Assembly (NCBI GenBank): GCA_951406725.2
Contig: OX597824.1
Location: 49,166,001 to 49,230,000 of the forward strand
Length of the DNA stretch: 64,000 nucleotides
Direction: 5' to 3'
Source of the DNA: Octopus vulgaris
Taxonomy: Eukaryota
The notes under the pieces were generated by a model that saw nothing but the letters and a program-made list of their open reading frames with translations, searched no databases and was not told the origin of the DNA. Made by a program: the position numbers and the translations under genes. Within the stretch, counting starts at the first letter, position 1; each line of letters begins with the position of its first letter. Positions 1 to 10,329 of the stretch are shown piece by piece.

Positions 1-677
1 TGTATTTGTTTCCCCATCACCACTTGATAACTGGTGCTGGTGCTGTGTTTACATCCCTGTAACTTAGTGGTTTAGCAAAAGGGACCAATAGAATATGTAC
101 TAGGTTTAAAAAATAAGTCCTGGGGTTGATTTGTTCGACTTAAAACCCTTCAAGATGGTGCTCCAGTATGACCACAGTCAACCGACTGAATCAAGTAAAA
201 GCATAAAAGAATACTATATGGTCCAGTGCACTGATTTGCTCAGATGTCTATAATGCTGCCAAGATGGCCCTGACTATAGAAGCATTTTTCTATGAATTGT
301 GTGTGTGTGTGTGCGCACGCACGCATGTGTAGTTATTTCTTAAATATTTATGGCATATATAAAGATTAACACATGCTCACACAGCTTACACAATTTTGGA
401 TAAGTAGTTAAACTCCTTCTGCAACTTTTGTTATTCTCTTTAGTTCTGAATTATTACTCAGCAAGTAAATACTGTTTACTATAGTTTACATAAAATATCT
501 TAGCTACTGTAAACATTTGTGTGTGTATGTGTGTGTGTGTGTATGTGTGTGTGCATATCTATGCATGCATGTATGGATGTATGTACCCATGCATGTATGC
601 CTAAATATATATCTGTCTACCTGTCTCTTACTTTTACTTCCTGTATGTGTGTGTGTGTAAGATTTTTTTTCTCACAG

Positions 678-710
678 GAGCCAAGCCTCTGAGTTAAGAG
701 ATGCAGTTTA
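678..710 (+). CDS. CFAP36: CFAP36-like, putative 33-nt micro-exon (SQASELRDAV-Y)
   Basis: Polypyrimidine tract + CAG at 675-677, open frame, GT donor at 711. Phase 2 matches the next exon (TA|T = Tyr). Confidence 0.5.
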
Positions 711-814
711 GTATGGCGATATCAATATATGTATAATTCATACTGTATTACTAATTCAACTGACAGAAAAACAAAATGTTTCCAGGTGTCTTTTAACAGA
801 TCCACACACATGCA

Positions 815-955
815 AACATACCTACCTACCTACCTACCTACCTACATACATACATACATACATACATACATACATACATACATACATACATACATACATA
901 CATACATACATACATACATACATACATACATACATACATACATACATACATACAT
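815..955. repeat. (TACC)n-(TACA)n compound microsatellite
   Basis: Direct reading. Confidence 0.95.
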
Positions 956-1075
956 GTATATGTGTTTGTATGTATGTATACACACACATACACAAAAAAA
1001 AATGCATTTTTTTTTATATATATATATGAAGCAATTAAAATGAGTGCTTTTTTGCCTCTGATGTTTGTTTTACAG

Positions 1076-1205
1076 TGAAACCAAGAAAAACAATGATCTA
1101 CTGAGTGAGTGCAATTTGAAGATTAAAGATATTTTGTCTATGACTGAGGATGAAGCAGTGCTGTTGGCTGAAGAGAAAAACAGAAAGAGGGAAGAATTGC
1201 AGCAG
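1076..1205 (+). CDS. CFAP36: CFAP36-like internal exon (ETKKNNDLLSECNLKIKDILSMTEDEAVLLAEEKNRKREELQQ)
   Basis: tttacAG acceptor, open coiled-coil-like frame, CAG|GTAAAT donor. Confidence 0.75.
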
Positions 1206-1527
1206 GTAAATGAACCATTCCTAACTGTGGACATAATATAAAATCAGTGATAGGGGATATCTTAACAGACTGCCAGATCATAGCATGCGATGTCATGCCA
1301 GCTAACTTGGAACAGAAAATCTTTTTATATCATATTTTAACTAGAAATAAATGCCTGAACTCTTTGGAAATCTTTCTTGCAATAAATAGCATCCTTTCCT
1401 TGCGGAAATATGTTTCTCATCCATGTACAGTTACTGAAACTGGAATTAAGTACCAATCATGTGAGATTTTTGTTAAAAAGAAAATAGTTGGTAATGTTAT
1501 GGTTACTCAGAGCTCATCATGATCATT

Positions 1528-1644
1528 ATCAATTTTCACTTGAAAGAATACACCTCCATTTTACACACACAGCTTGCTGTGTATTAGGAAAGCTGAACTG
1601 GGGTGGTTTGTTGTTGCCTTCACTAGGAATTCTTAAGGATAGGA
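1528..1644 (+). repeat. 117-bp direct repeat copy 1 (copy 2 at 7135-7251)
   Basis: 115/117 identical by eye. Confidence 0.85.
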
Positions 1645-2636
1645 CATAGGTTGGATGGCTTGACAGGAACTGGAATGGCTAGGGACCACACCAGATTCCA
1701 TAGTCTGCTTTGGCTTGATTTCTATGGCTGGATGCTCTTTCTGACGTCAATCACTCTACAGAGTGTACTGGGAGTTTTTATGTGGCACCAGCACCAGTGC
1801 TTTTTACATGGCACCAGCACTCACCAATGCTTTTTATGTGGTACCTTGGTTTTAGGATCTCAATTCTCTTGTGATAGGCAGGTCTTCTTGAGTGCAACAA
1901 TGTGCCACGTATCTCAGTCCTCTGTCGTCTCCTTTGTAAGGTTCAGCATTTTGAGATTGGCCTTCAATACTTCTGAGGTGTGGAAAGAAAATTGAATTGG
2001 TATTTTTCTGGCTGTTGTATGTAGTAAATAGATGGGCTGGTGCTTACCCTATCCAGCTTTGGTATCAATCAATATCCCTTGATTATGTTCTATGAATGGA
2101 TAATGAACTTCCAAAAGATTGTCATTTGATAGAAATTTTTTTGAGAAAGTAGAATATGAAGAAAAAGATCAAGAGTTAGCAAATGTGCAATGCAAAGATA
2201 TTACACAATATATTACATAATAATGATCAGCTCATAATTTGTAGAGAAATCTAAAAGGAAGGCTTTTTATTCAGCAATGAGCTAACTTAGCCAAAAGTGG
2301 CATTGATGATAATCATTTTCTAAATATATTTATCAAAGTAATTATATAATTTAATATGTACCTCAACAAATCTTGGAAAAATGGCAAAATGGATACTAAA
2401 ACAAGGAGTGTGTATTTGAGACATCATACACACTACAGGTTTTAAAATCATCGTTTATTATTTATGTATTTATGAGTTATTTCCTCCTGTTTCTATAATA
2501 TTTCCCATTTTCCTTTTATTTTAGTCCAGTGTCTCCAGCATTAGAGACTTTAGAAATTTAATGGTTAATAATAAAAAAAGCGATTCATTGTAAAGTGTTG
2601 TAACGAAGTTCTAAATGTTGTATCATTATTATACAG

Positions 2637-2723
2637 GCAATGATGAATCTGACGACTGATGCTAAAAGTGATGAAGATTCTGAAGATGTGGATACTGAAG
2701 AACAAGATGTAGAAACTTCTAAA
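2637..2723 (+). CDS. CFAP36: CFAP36-like internal exon (AMMNLTTDAKSDEDSEDVDTEEQDVETSK)
   Basis: acAG acceptor, 87 nt phase 0-0 acidic open frame, GTAATG donor. Confidence 0.65.
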
Positions 2724-2830
2724 GTAATGAGACTTGTTCTGAAGCATATATATATATACTGAGTTCTAACACCAGGTTATTAGTATCACTATGCCTAAGT
2801 GAAATAATATATACATACATATACACACAT

Positions 2831-2871
<41 letters not shown>

Positions 2872-3105
2872 GCACATAAAAAACACCCACTACACTCGCG
2901 GAGTGGTTGGCGTTAGGAAGGGCATCCAGCCGTAGAAACACTGCCAGATCTGACTGGGCCTGACGAAGCCTTCCAGCTTCACAGACCCCAGTTGACCCGT
3001 CCAACCCATGCTAGCATGGAAAGCGGACGCTAAACGATGATGATGATATATATATAAATAAATGAAAGAATGGAGTCGAACGAAGATTTTAACAAAATTC
3101 CTTTA

Positions 3106-3188
3106 CTCTCGACACATGTTTCGAAGACGGCATACTTTTAATTCCGAAGGAATAAAGGGTGCATTATGCCATCTTCTCATCAGGAAAG
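3106..3188 (-). ncRNA. Type I minimal hammerhead ribozyme (PLE pLTR), GUC cleavage triplet
   Basis: Minus strand: CUUUC CUGAUGA GAAGAUGGCAUA...UAUGCCGUCUUC GAAAC AUGU GUC GAGAG. Stem I, a 12-bp stem II and a palindromic stem III are all present. Confidence 0.82.
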
Positions 3189-4210
3189 ATAAGGAGCCTC
3201 TTTCAGCCACAAGACGATCATACAATCATAATAATAGAAATAGTATTGATAGTAACAGCATTCGTAGCAGCGTTAGTGTTAGCAATGATGATATTAATAA
3301 TAGTATTAGTCAGGTTAATAACAGCAGTAGTGTTGATGGTAACAGCAACAACGGTACTATTGTAGGGGATATTGCTGGTTGTAGTACAATTAATAATAAT
3401 AATAATAATAGAAATAGTGTAGTTGTTAACGCTAGTAGTAATAAAAACAACAATCATAACAATAAAAACTCCGTCTCGATCTCGGAGGAAAACCCTAACA
3501 GATTAAAATTTTTGTCCAGTAATTCCAAAATTAAGAATTCCATTTACCAGTGTAGAATTTCTTCCGGTACCGATGTCTTCTTCTATATAGGTGCGACAAC
3601 TTCTCAGTTATCCAAGAGAATTTCCAATCATTATTCGACTTTCCGAGATAAGAAAAAACGACATAGTACAGGACTGAGTAAATTAGTTTGGCATCTTAAA
3701 GACAATAATATAACTTTCAAGTTGGATTGGTTTATATTGTCTGTATCCTTTCCTTTTGATAAGGGCAGAAAATTTTGTAACATTTGTAATTCTGAACTCT
3801 TCTATATCCTTTTCGCCAAGGTTCCCCTAGTAAACACACTCATAGAAAAATCGTATAAATGTAAGCATTGGCAGAAACACACTTTCCACTCATATAAATG
3901 ATATAGATAACCACTGAAGTTTTAACAATTAGCTTCCCATCAACACCACTGCCATAGACAAATTCTTTCCTATGCCTTCGAACTTTCTTTAAAAACTCGC
4001 TCTCATTAACACAAGCACACACCCGCACATCCCCATACATACAGCATACATAGTGTCCCCTACCTATTTTAATACTTCCTCCTTCTACCCATTTTTGACG
4101 TCATTGCTTATAACGGATTATTTTAAAAAAACACTCATTATCACTGTGGTCACCATGTAGGCAATCATCAAAAACTTTTGTTCGTCTTGTGGCTGAAAGA
4201 GGTTCCTTAC

Positions 4211-4293
4211 CTTTCCTGATGAGACGATGGCATAATGCACCCTTTATTCCTTCGGAATTAAAAGTATGCCATCTTCGAAACATGTGTTGAGAG
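4211..4293 (+). ncRNA. Type I minimal hammerhead ribozyme (PLE pLTR), GUU triplet
   Basis: CUUUC CUGAUGA GACGAUGGCAUA...UAUGCCAUCUUC GAAAC AUGU GUU GAGAG; one mismatch in stem II. Confidence 0.75.
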
Positions 4294-4487
4294 TAAAGGA
4301 ATTTTGTTAGAATCTTCGTTTGACTCCATTCTTTCATTTATTCATATAAAAAACACACAAATTTCCACACAAGAACCCTGAGTTTCTACCCTTGACAGGT
4401 AGCTTCAACCGTGTTTTCTGACATGAATTTGCTACCCAGGTATCGGTTAAACGAATTTTCCATGCTAGGATAATTCATTCACCTACT

Positions 4488-4524
<37 letters not shown>

Positions 4525-4550
4525 TCATCATATATATATATATATATATC

Positions 4551-5150
4551 ACGTGACCGACCAGTCCATCAGATGTAGTTACACATCGCTGGTCACAATG
4601 CATTCGCATTGTTTTAGCCTTCGAATGACGCCACCCCGCTGGCTAAGCGAGCAGGCCAACAGAAGAAAGAGTGGGAGAAACAGTGGTGAAAGAGTACAGC
4701 AGGGATCACCACCCCCTGCCGGAGCCTCGTGGAGCTTTTAGGTGTTTTCGCTCAATAAACACTCACAACGCCCGGTCTGGGAATTGAAACTGCGATTCTA
4801 CGACCGCGAGTCCGCTGCCCTAACCACTGGGCCATTGCGCCTCCACCTGGGCCCAGTGGTTAGGACAGTGGACTCGCAGTCAGAAGATCGCGATTTCGAT
4901 TCCCAGACCGGGTGTTGTGTGTGTTTATTGAGCAAAAACACCTAAAACTCCACGAGGCTCCACAGGAGGTGAGTGGCAACCTCTGTTGTACTCTTTCACC
5001 TCAACTTTCTCTCACTCTTTCTTCCTGTTTCTTGAGTAACGCTGCGATGGACTGGCGTCCCGTCCAGCTGGGGAGAACACATACATCATAGAAACCGGGA
5101 AACCGGGCCCATGAGCCTGGCTAGGCTTGAAAAGGGTGCATAAATAAATA
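4551..5150. mobile_element. Head-to-head pair of tRNA-derived SINEs (4551-4847 minus, 4848-5150 plus)
   Basis: Both have A box GGCCCAGTGGTTAGG and B-box-like GTTTCAATTCCC / ATTTCGATTCCC and share about 170 bp. Confidence 0.75.
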
Positions 5151-6474
5151 TATATATATTTGTATGTATGTATCATATTTGAGAGAGACTGTGTATGGAT
5201 GAGGGATTCTAATTTCCATATTTCTTTAATTCTCAGGTATCATACAGACATGGCTGCATGGTAAGAAATTCACTTCCCAGCCATGTGGTTTTTGGATTCA
5301 ATCACACTGTGAATTTGGGCAAGTGTCTTCTACTACAACCTCAGGCTACCCAAAGCTTTATGAGTAGATTGTATGGGTTTGGTTGATGGAAATTGAAAGA
5401 CACCTGTCATAATACATTCTTAGATTAGAATGTTCCAAGATCTTAAGAAGAGGCTTTCTTAACAGTAATGTTTTTCTTCCTCATCTGTGATTTCGAGGCA
5501 AACTTGTTATTTATACTAGCTCACTTGAATATTTTCAAATATAAGTTTGCATGAAATTTGTTTCAATATTTTTCTGTCACATTATAGAACTTACAGAAGA
5601 GTCATAACAGGGGGTTTTTTTAACAGCACTGAGGTAGATCTTACTTTAAATATAAAGATCAAGTGAATTGGGAAGAGAACTTAACTCATCTTAAATAACT
5701 TACAGGTGTTGTAGGACTGCTTGTGTTGGTGTTGTTGTGATCAACCTCAGTTGCAATTATAAAAGTAGAATTTCACATGGTGTAAGATATATTTTGTAAT
5801 CCAGTCTAAATGATACTAAGTTGACAAGTAAAAGGTGTTTCTCTTATTTTATAAAAGAAATAAATCAGTCTCTAACTTTTAGGTTGGAGGGAATCAGTAT
5901 AACTGTAGAAGAAGATATTCAAAAAAAGCATTCTGAAATGGTTGTCTGTGCCTGCACATCTAAAGTTGATTGCTTAAAATGTTGGGTGTTTGTACATAAG
6001 CAAGTATATATATATACTGTAGAAATCTCACGCTGATTTCATAAATGGTAAAAGTGAAAATTATAAATAATAAAGGTGGCTTATTAGCAATTTACAACCA
6101 AAAGCGAAACTATAGAAATCACTAAAGTGACTAAAGGTAAGCACCAGCATTGCTAGAAATAAGAGTCAAAACAACTCTTAGCCATGGTAAAGCACTTATC
6201 TTATGATTGGCAAAGGAGTCAAGCTCCCTACAGCATCCAGGGCATAGCAATACTGGTGCTTACTAGTACTCTTAGACACTTTAGTTCTGCCTTTCAGTTG
6301 TAAATTACTAATAAGCCACCTTTATTATTTACAATTTTCACATTTTGAATTATCACTTTTACTATATATATACATATATATGTGTGTGTGTGTGTATAAA
6401 TTTATATATGTGCATGCATGTGTGTGTGTGTGTGTGTGTCCTTTACAATGTCTTCTCCTTATGTTCTCTTGCAG

Positions 6475-6585
6475 CAAATAAAGAAATCCACTCATAAAAC
6501 TGTTTCATTTACAAACACAACTGATGAAAGTTCTGTTGAGGATGCCATCTCTGTGTCTTCTGTGGACAGTGATAAATCCTTATCT
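6475..6585 (+). CDS. CFAP36: CFAP36-like internal exon (QIKKSTHKTVSFTNTTDESSVEDAISVSSVDSDKSLS)
   Basis: ctcttgcAG acceptor, 111 nt phase 0-0, GTAAGT donor. Confidence 0.7.
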
Positions 6586-7134
6586 GTAAGTTATGTATTC
6601 TATTTTACTCTAGGCACAAGGCCGGAAATTTGGGGGGAGGGAGCCTGTAGGTTATATATTATCACATATATTCTGATTAAAATCATTGAAACTCATGTCA
6701 CTTCTCATCTGTAAATCACACTAAAATAATATATATTGACCTTTGTAATATGAGTATCATTGAGTGGAGGTAAGTTTCCAGAGCAGTGGCTCTGAAACAG
6801 TACACTGGGGTACACTGAGGGCACACTGTGATACATTGTTGCACTGTAAGGAGTATCTTGGTACACAGTGAACTTCTAAAAATATAAAGTTCTATAAAAT
6901 CCATGTTATTACATGAATGTCTTGAAAATGTGGTTTTCATAATTTAGTTGTATAAAAATGACTAAACAGGGTAAACAATAGTTTCCTTTAAACAGTGCAA
7001 ATTTATAGATCTGATATATATATCAACACTTATCTAACTCAGCATGACCCACTCAAGCTTGTATTGTGCTTTCAGAGAAGTAGATAGAACAGGGGATTAA
7101 GATCAATGACTCTGTTATTTTGATTAATAAATAA

Positions 7135-7251
7135 ATCAATTTTCACTTGAAAGAATACACCTCCATTTTACACACACAGCTTGCTGTGTATTAGGAAAGC
7201 TGAACTGGGGTGGTTTCTTATTGCCTTCACTAGGAATTCTTAAGGATAGGA
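7135..7251 (+). repeat. 117-bp direct repeat copy 2
   Basis: Matches 1528-1644. Confidence 0.85.
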
Positions 7252-7776
7252 TTAACGTCTGGTTGTAATATTGGTTTCAAATTTTGGCATGAGTGGAGGG
7301 AGCAAGTTGATTACATGGGCCCCAGTCCTCAACTAGTACTTATTTTTATCAATCCCAAAAGATTGTTCTTTCATTTTCCAATATCCATTTCAACTTTTTT
7401 TCAAGGTTGTGAGCTAGCAGAATTGTTAGCACATCAGGCAAAATGCTTCGTAGTATTTTGTCTCTCTGTATCTACTGAGTTCAAATACCCCTGAGGTTGA
7501 ATTTACCTTTCATCTTTTTGGGGTCGATAAAATATGTATCAGTGGGGTTGATGTAATCGACTTATACCCTCTCCCAAAATTGCTGGCCTTGTAACAAAAT
7601 TTGCAATCAATATCTATTTCAACTTTAAACACTAAAATGTTCATTATGTCTCTTGTTTTGCATGTATGACAGCATCTCAGTGGTAACATCATTAAATCTT
7701 GCTTTAATTATTTGTAATCCATTAATGATACAGTCAACTGAATGAATTTAATTGAATCAAATTACACTCGTTTCAG

Positions 7777-8064
7777 GCTTTTACAACTAAACTGAATCCA
7801 GAAAATTTGAAAAAGAGACAAGAATTTCTACGTCAACAAAGAGACAAACTAATTGAAATGAAGAAGAATGAACGGCAAAAGCAACTGGTGAAGGCAGAGA
7901 AAGATCAGCCACAACGACCAAAATCTGCTCGAATTGCCCGCTCTCTGCTAACCCAGAAGCCAGATAAAGTCTCACAAGAGTCAAATACTGTGAAGAATGA
8001 AGCTATAGCAATGAGGCAGGCAATTGCTAATCGAATCAAATTGGAAGTGATGTCAAAGAAATGA
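7777..8064 (+). CDS. CFAP36: Terminal coding exon, cilia- and flagella-associated protein 36-like
   Basis: tttcAG acceptor. LKKRQEFLRQQRDKLIEMKKNERQKQL...RPKSA...MRQAIANRIKLEVMSKK* resembles the CFAP36 C-terminus (..YLKQKRDKLMSMRK..R..Q / RRLLAEKLKEEVI). Confidence 0.8.
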   Translation, partial: AFTTKLNPENLKKRQEFLRQQRDKLIEMKKNERQKQLVKAEKDQPQRPKSARIARSLLTQKPDKVSQESNTVKNEAIAMRQAIANRIKLEVMSKK

Positions 8065-8724
8065 AGGAACTTTGAACCTGATGGATGATAGAATCTATCT
8101 AAGGAGGGGTTCCCAGCTCTAATTACAGTTATTTCCATGCTCCTACTTAATAATCCATGTAATTCTAAAAGAGAGTAAGATATTCATAGAGTAATAGACA
8201 CAACACATTTATAATTCTTTGATTTCCACTCTTACACATTTTCACACATACCCCCTGCACACACACACACACACACACACACATGCATGCATGCGCACAT
8301 ATACACTCATCATATACTCTAAAATTTATATTCTCCCTTGCATCCTAGTCATGTTATCCTCCTTCAGTTATTTGAGTCTGTATGAAAATAAGTTGTAGAG
8401 AAAAAAATTTGATATTTCACCCAAAACAAGAGTGAAAGAATGCAGTACATTTCTATGTAGCATAAACAACTCTCCACACCACCCAACTTACTCATTATTC
8501 AAAAACAACACTGCATAATTATGTGCAACTAAGTAGAAATGCACCTATTGGTGCAATAAACAACTGGCAGGAAAGCATTAAAAATAAAAATAAATAATAA
8601 TAATAATGATATAAACTATATATGTTGAATGTTTTTTACTGTTGATTTTGCATTTCACATTGTTTTTTATACATCTATTGAGATGCAAAAGCATGCACAA
8701 ACATACATACATGAATACATGCAT

Positions 8725-10240
8725 GATGAGGAATGTTACAGGTATCTAGGGGTGGATGAAAATATATCTTACAATGACACCTGTAATAAAACACATGTCA
8801 CTAAAGAATATTATAGCCGAATAAAGAAAAATTGCACCTCAGAACACTCTGCATTCAATAAAACAGTGGCCCAGAATGTGTTTGCGGTGCCAGTACTCAT
8901 ACCAACATTTGGGCTGCTTCAATGGATGCTTGATGAGATCCGAGCCATTGATGTGAAAACCCCCAAAATACTAACAAGCACACATAATTTCCACATAAAC
9001 AGTGACGTAGACCACCTCTACCTAAAACAAAAACAAGGCAGCAGAGGTTTAACATTGATCCAAAATGCCTTTGAATGTCACATCATATCCCTTCGGCAAC
9101 ATCTTTTAACCACCAAGTATCGAAGTGCATCCCTTGACCAAGTTTGTATACATGAGGCTGATAACATCATAAGACTTGGAAGGCACCTCCTTGAGCAACA
9201 CTCTTTGTCTGATAACCTAGAATACATACCCAAAGAAGTTGCATGATTCTACCACAACGTATCATCAGATGAAAGGATAAGGCTATATGAGCAGAAGACT
9301 ATGCATGGATATGTTAGTAGAAAGCTTCATAATGATAATAACATCGATCAAAAGCCAGATTACTACCTCTCACTTTGAAAGGTATGTGTTTGCAATCCAG
9401 GAACAGGAAATATCAACCAAGTACCTGATGCACAAAAGGGATGGAGATGCAGGAAAAGTCGTAAAATGTGACAACCAATGCAGACTTTGTGGAGTTCACA
9501 CTGAAGATATCACCTACATCATAACCACGGTATTATCTACAGATGAGACATGATGTTGTAGCTAGGACACTCTATAATGAAATCCGTTGGAAGGATAATC
9601 CTGAGGACAAAGAAATAAGAACCCACAATATGGTAGAAGCCAAAGCCACTTATAATAGAAAGGAATACCTCAATAAAATGTAAGCACAAGAGACTTGATA
9701 TATTGATTTGGGATAGAGAAGAGAAACTTTGTACAGTTGTGGAAATTAGCTGCCCAGTGGATGTTAACTCAGTGAAAAGGAGAACATCTATGCTGAACTA
9801 TTGAGAAATCTGGAGTTATTCTATCCAGATTACAAGTTCAGGTTTATACCTGTAATGATTGGGGCCCTGGGATATGTAACACACTGCCTAAATACCAATC
9901 TTGAGAAATTAGACTTAACAAAACCAGGAAGGCGAAAGCTAATTTGAAGGCTACAGATCCAATCCATCACTGGAACTGCAAAAGTCTGTAAAACTTTCCA
10001 GAAGTTTATCATTTAAATATATATGAGCATGTCTAGATACACAAGTATATTCATGAGAATACAGACATAAAACAAAACATACAATTCTGCACATATACAT
10101 ACATATATACATACAAACATACAAATAAAAATACCCTGTTATTGATGTTGAACTTCCAATGAAGGAGCCTTGGATCTAGGTTAGAAACTGGTTCTTTCTC
10201 TATGGGCAAGAAATCTTGGAATAAACTGAATAATGACATA
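8725..10240 (+). mobile_element. R4/Dong-like RLE non-LTR retrotransposon, 5'-truncated and decayed
   Basis: YRYLG, FAVPVL..FG...W, LYLK...G.RGL, FAIQEQ, CRLCG..H zinc knuckle, RHD and PD..E-type remnants, IGALG; (CATA)n-like flanks. Confidence 0.8.
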
Positions 10241-10329
10241 CATACATAAATATATACATAATACAGAATATGGGGCGTTAGTTCACTGGTGATCTAAATG
10301 AATATGTACACTAGGTAAGTGCTGCAACG

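Larger units (their letters stand above)
3057..4489 (+). mobile_element. 5'-truncated Penelope-like element with inverted pLTR and GIY-YIG endonuclease ORF (3062-3901)
   Basis: SIYQC..YIGAT..KRISNH..LSKLVWHLK..CNICNSE..LVN..CKH motifs; 161-bp inverted repeat 3057-3217/4182-4342; flanked by (TA)n. Confidence 0.85.

Noticed and set aside
729-1043. 104-aa ORF with TYIH repeats
   Set aside because: Translation of the (TACA)n microsatellite.
4848-4915. tRNA-like sequence
   Set aside because: SINE head with A/B boxes but no closed cloverleaf.
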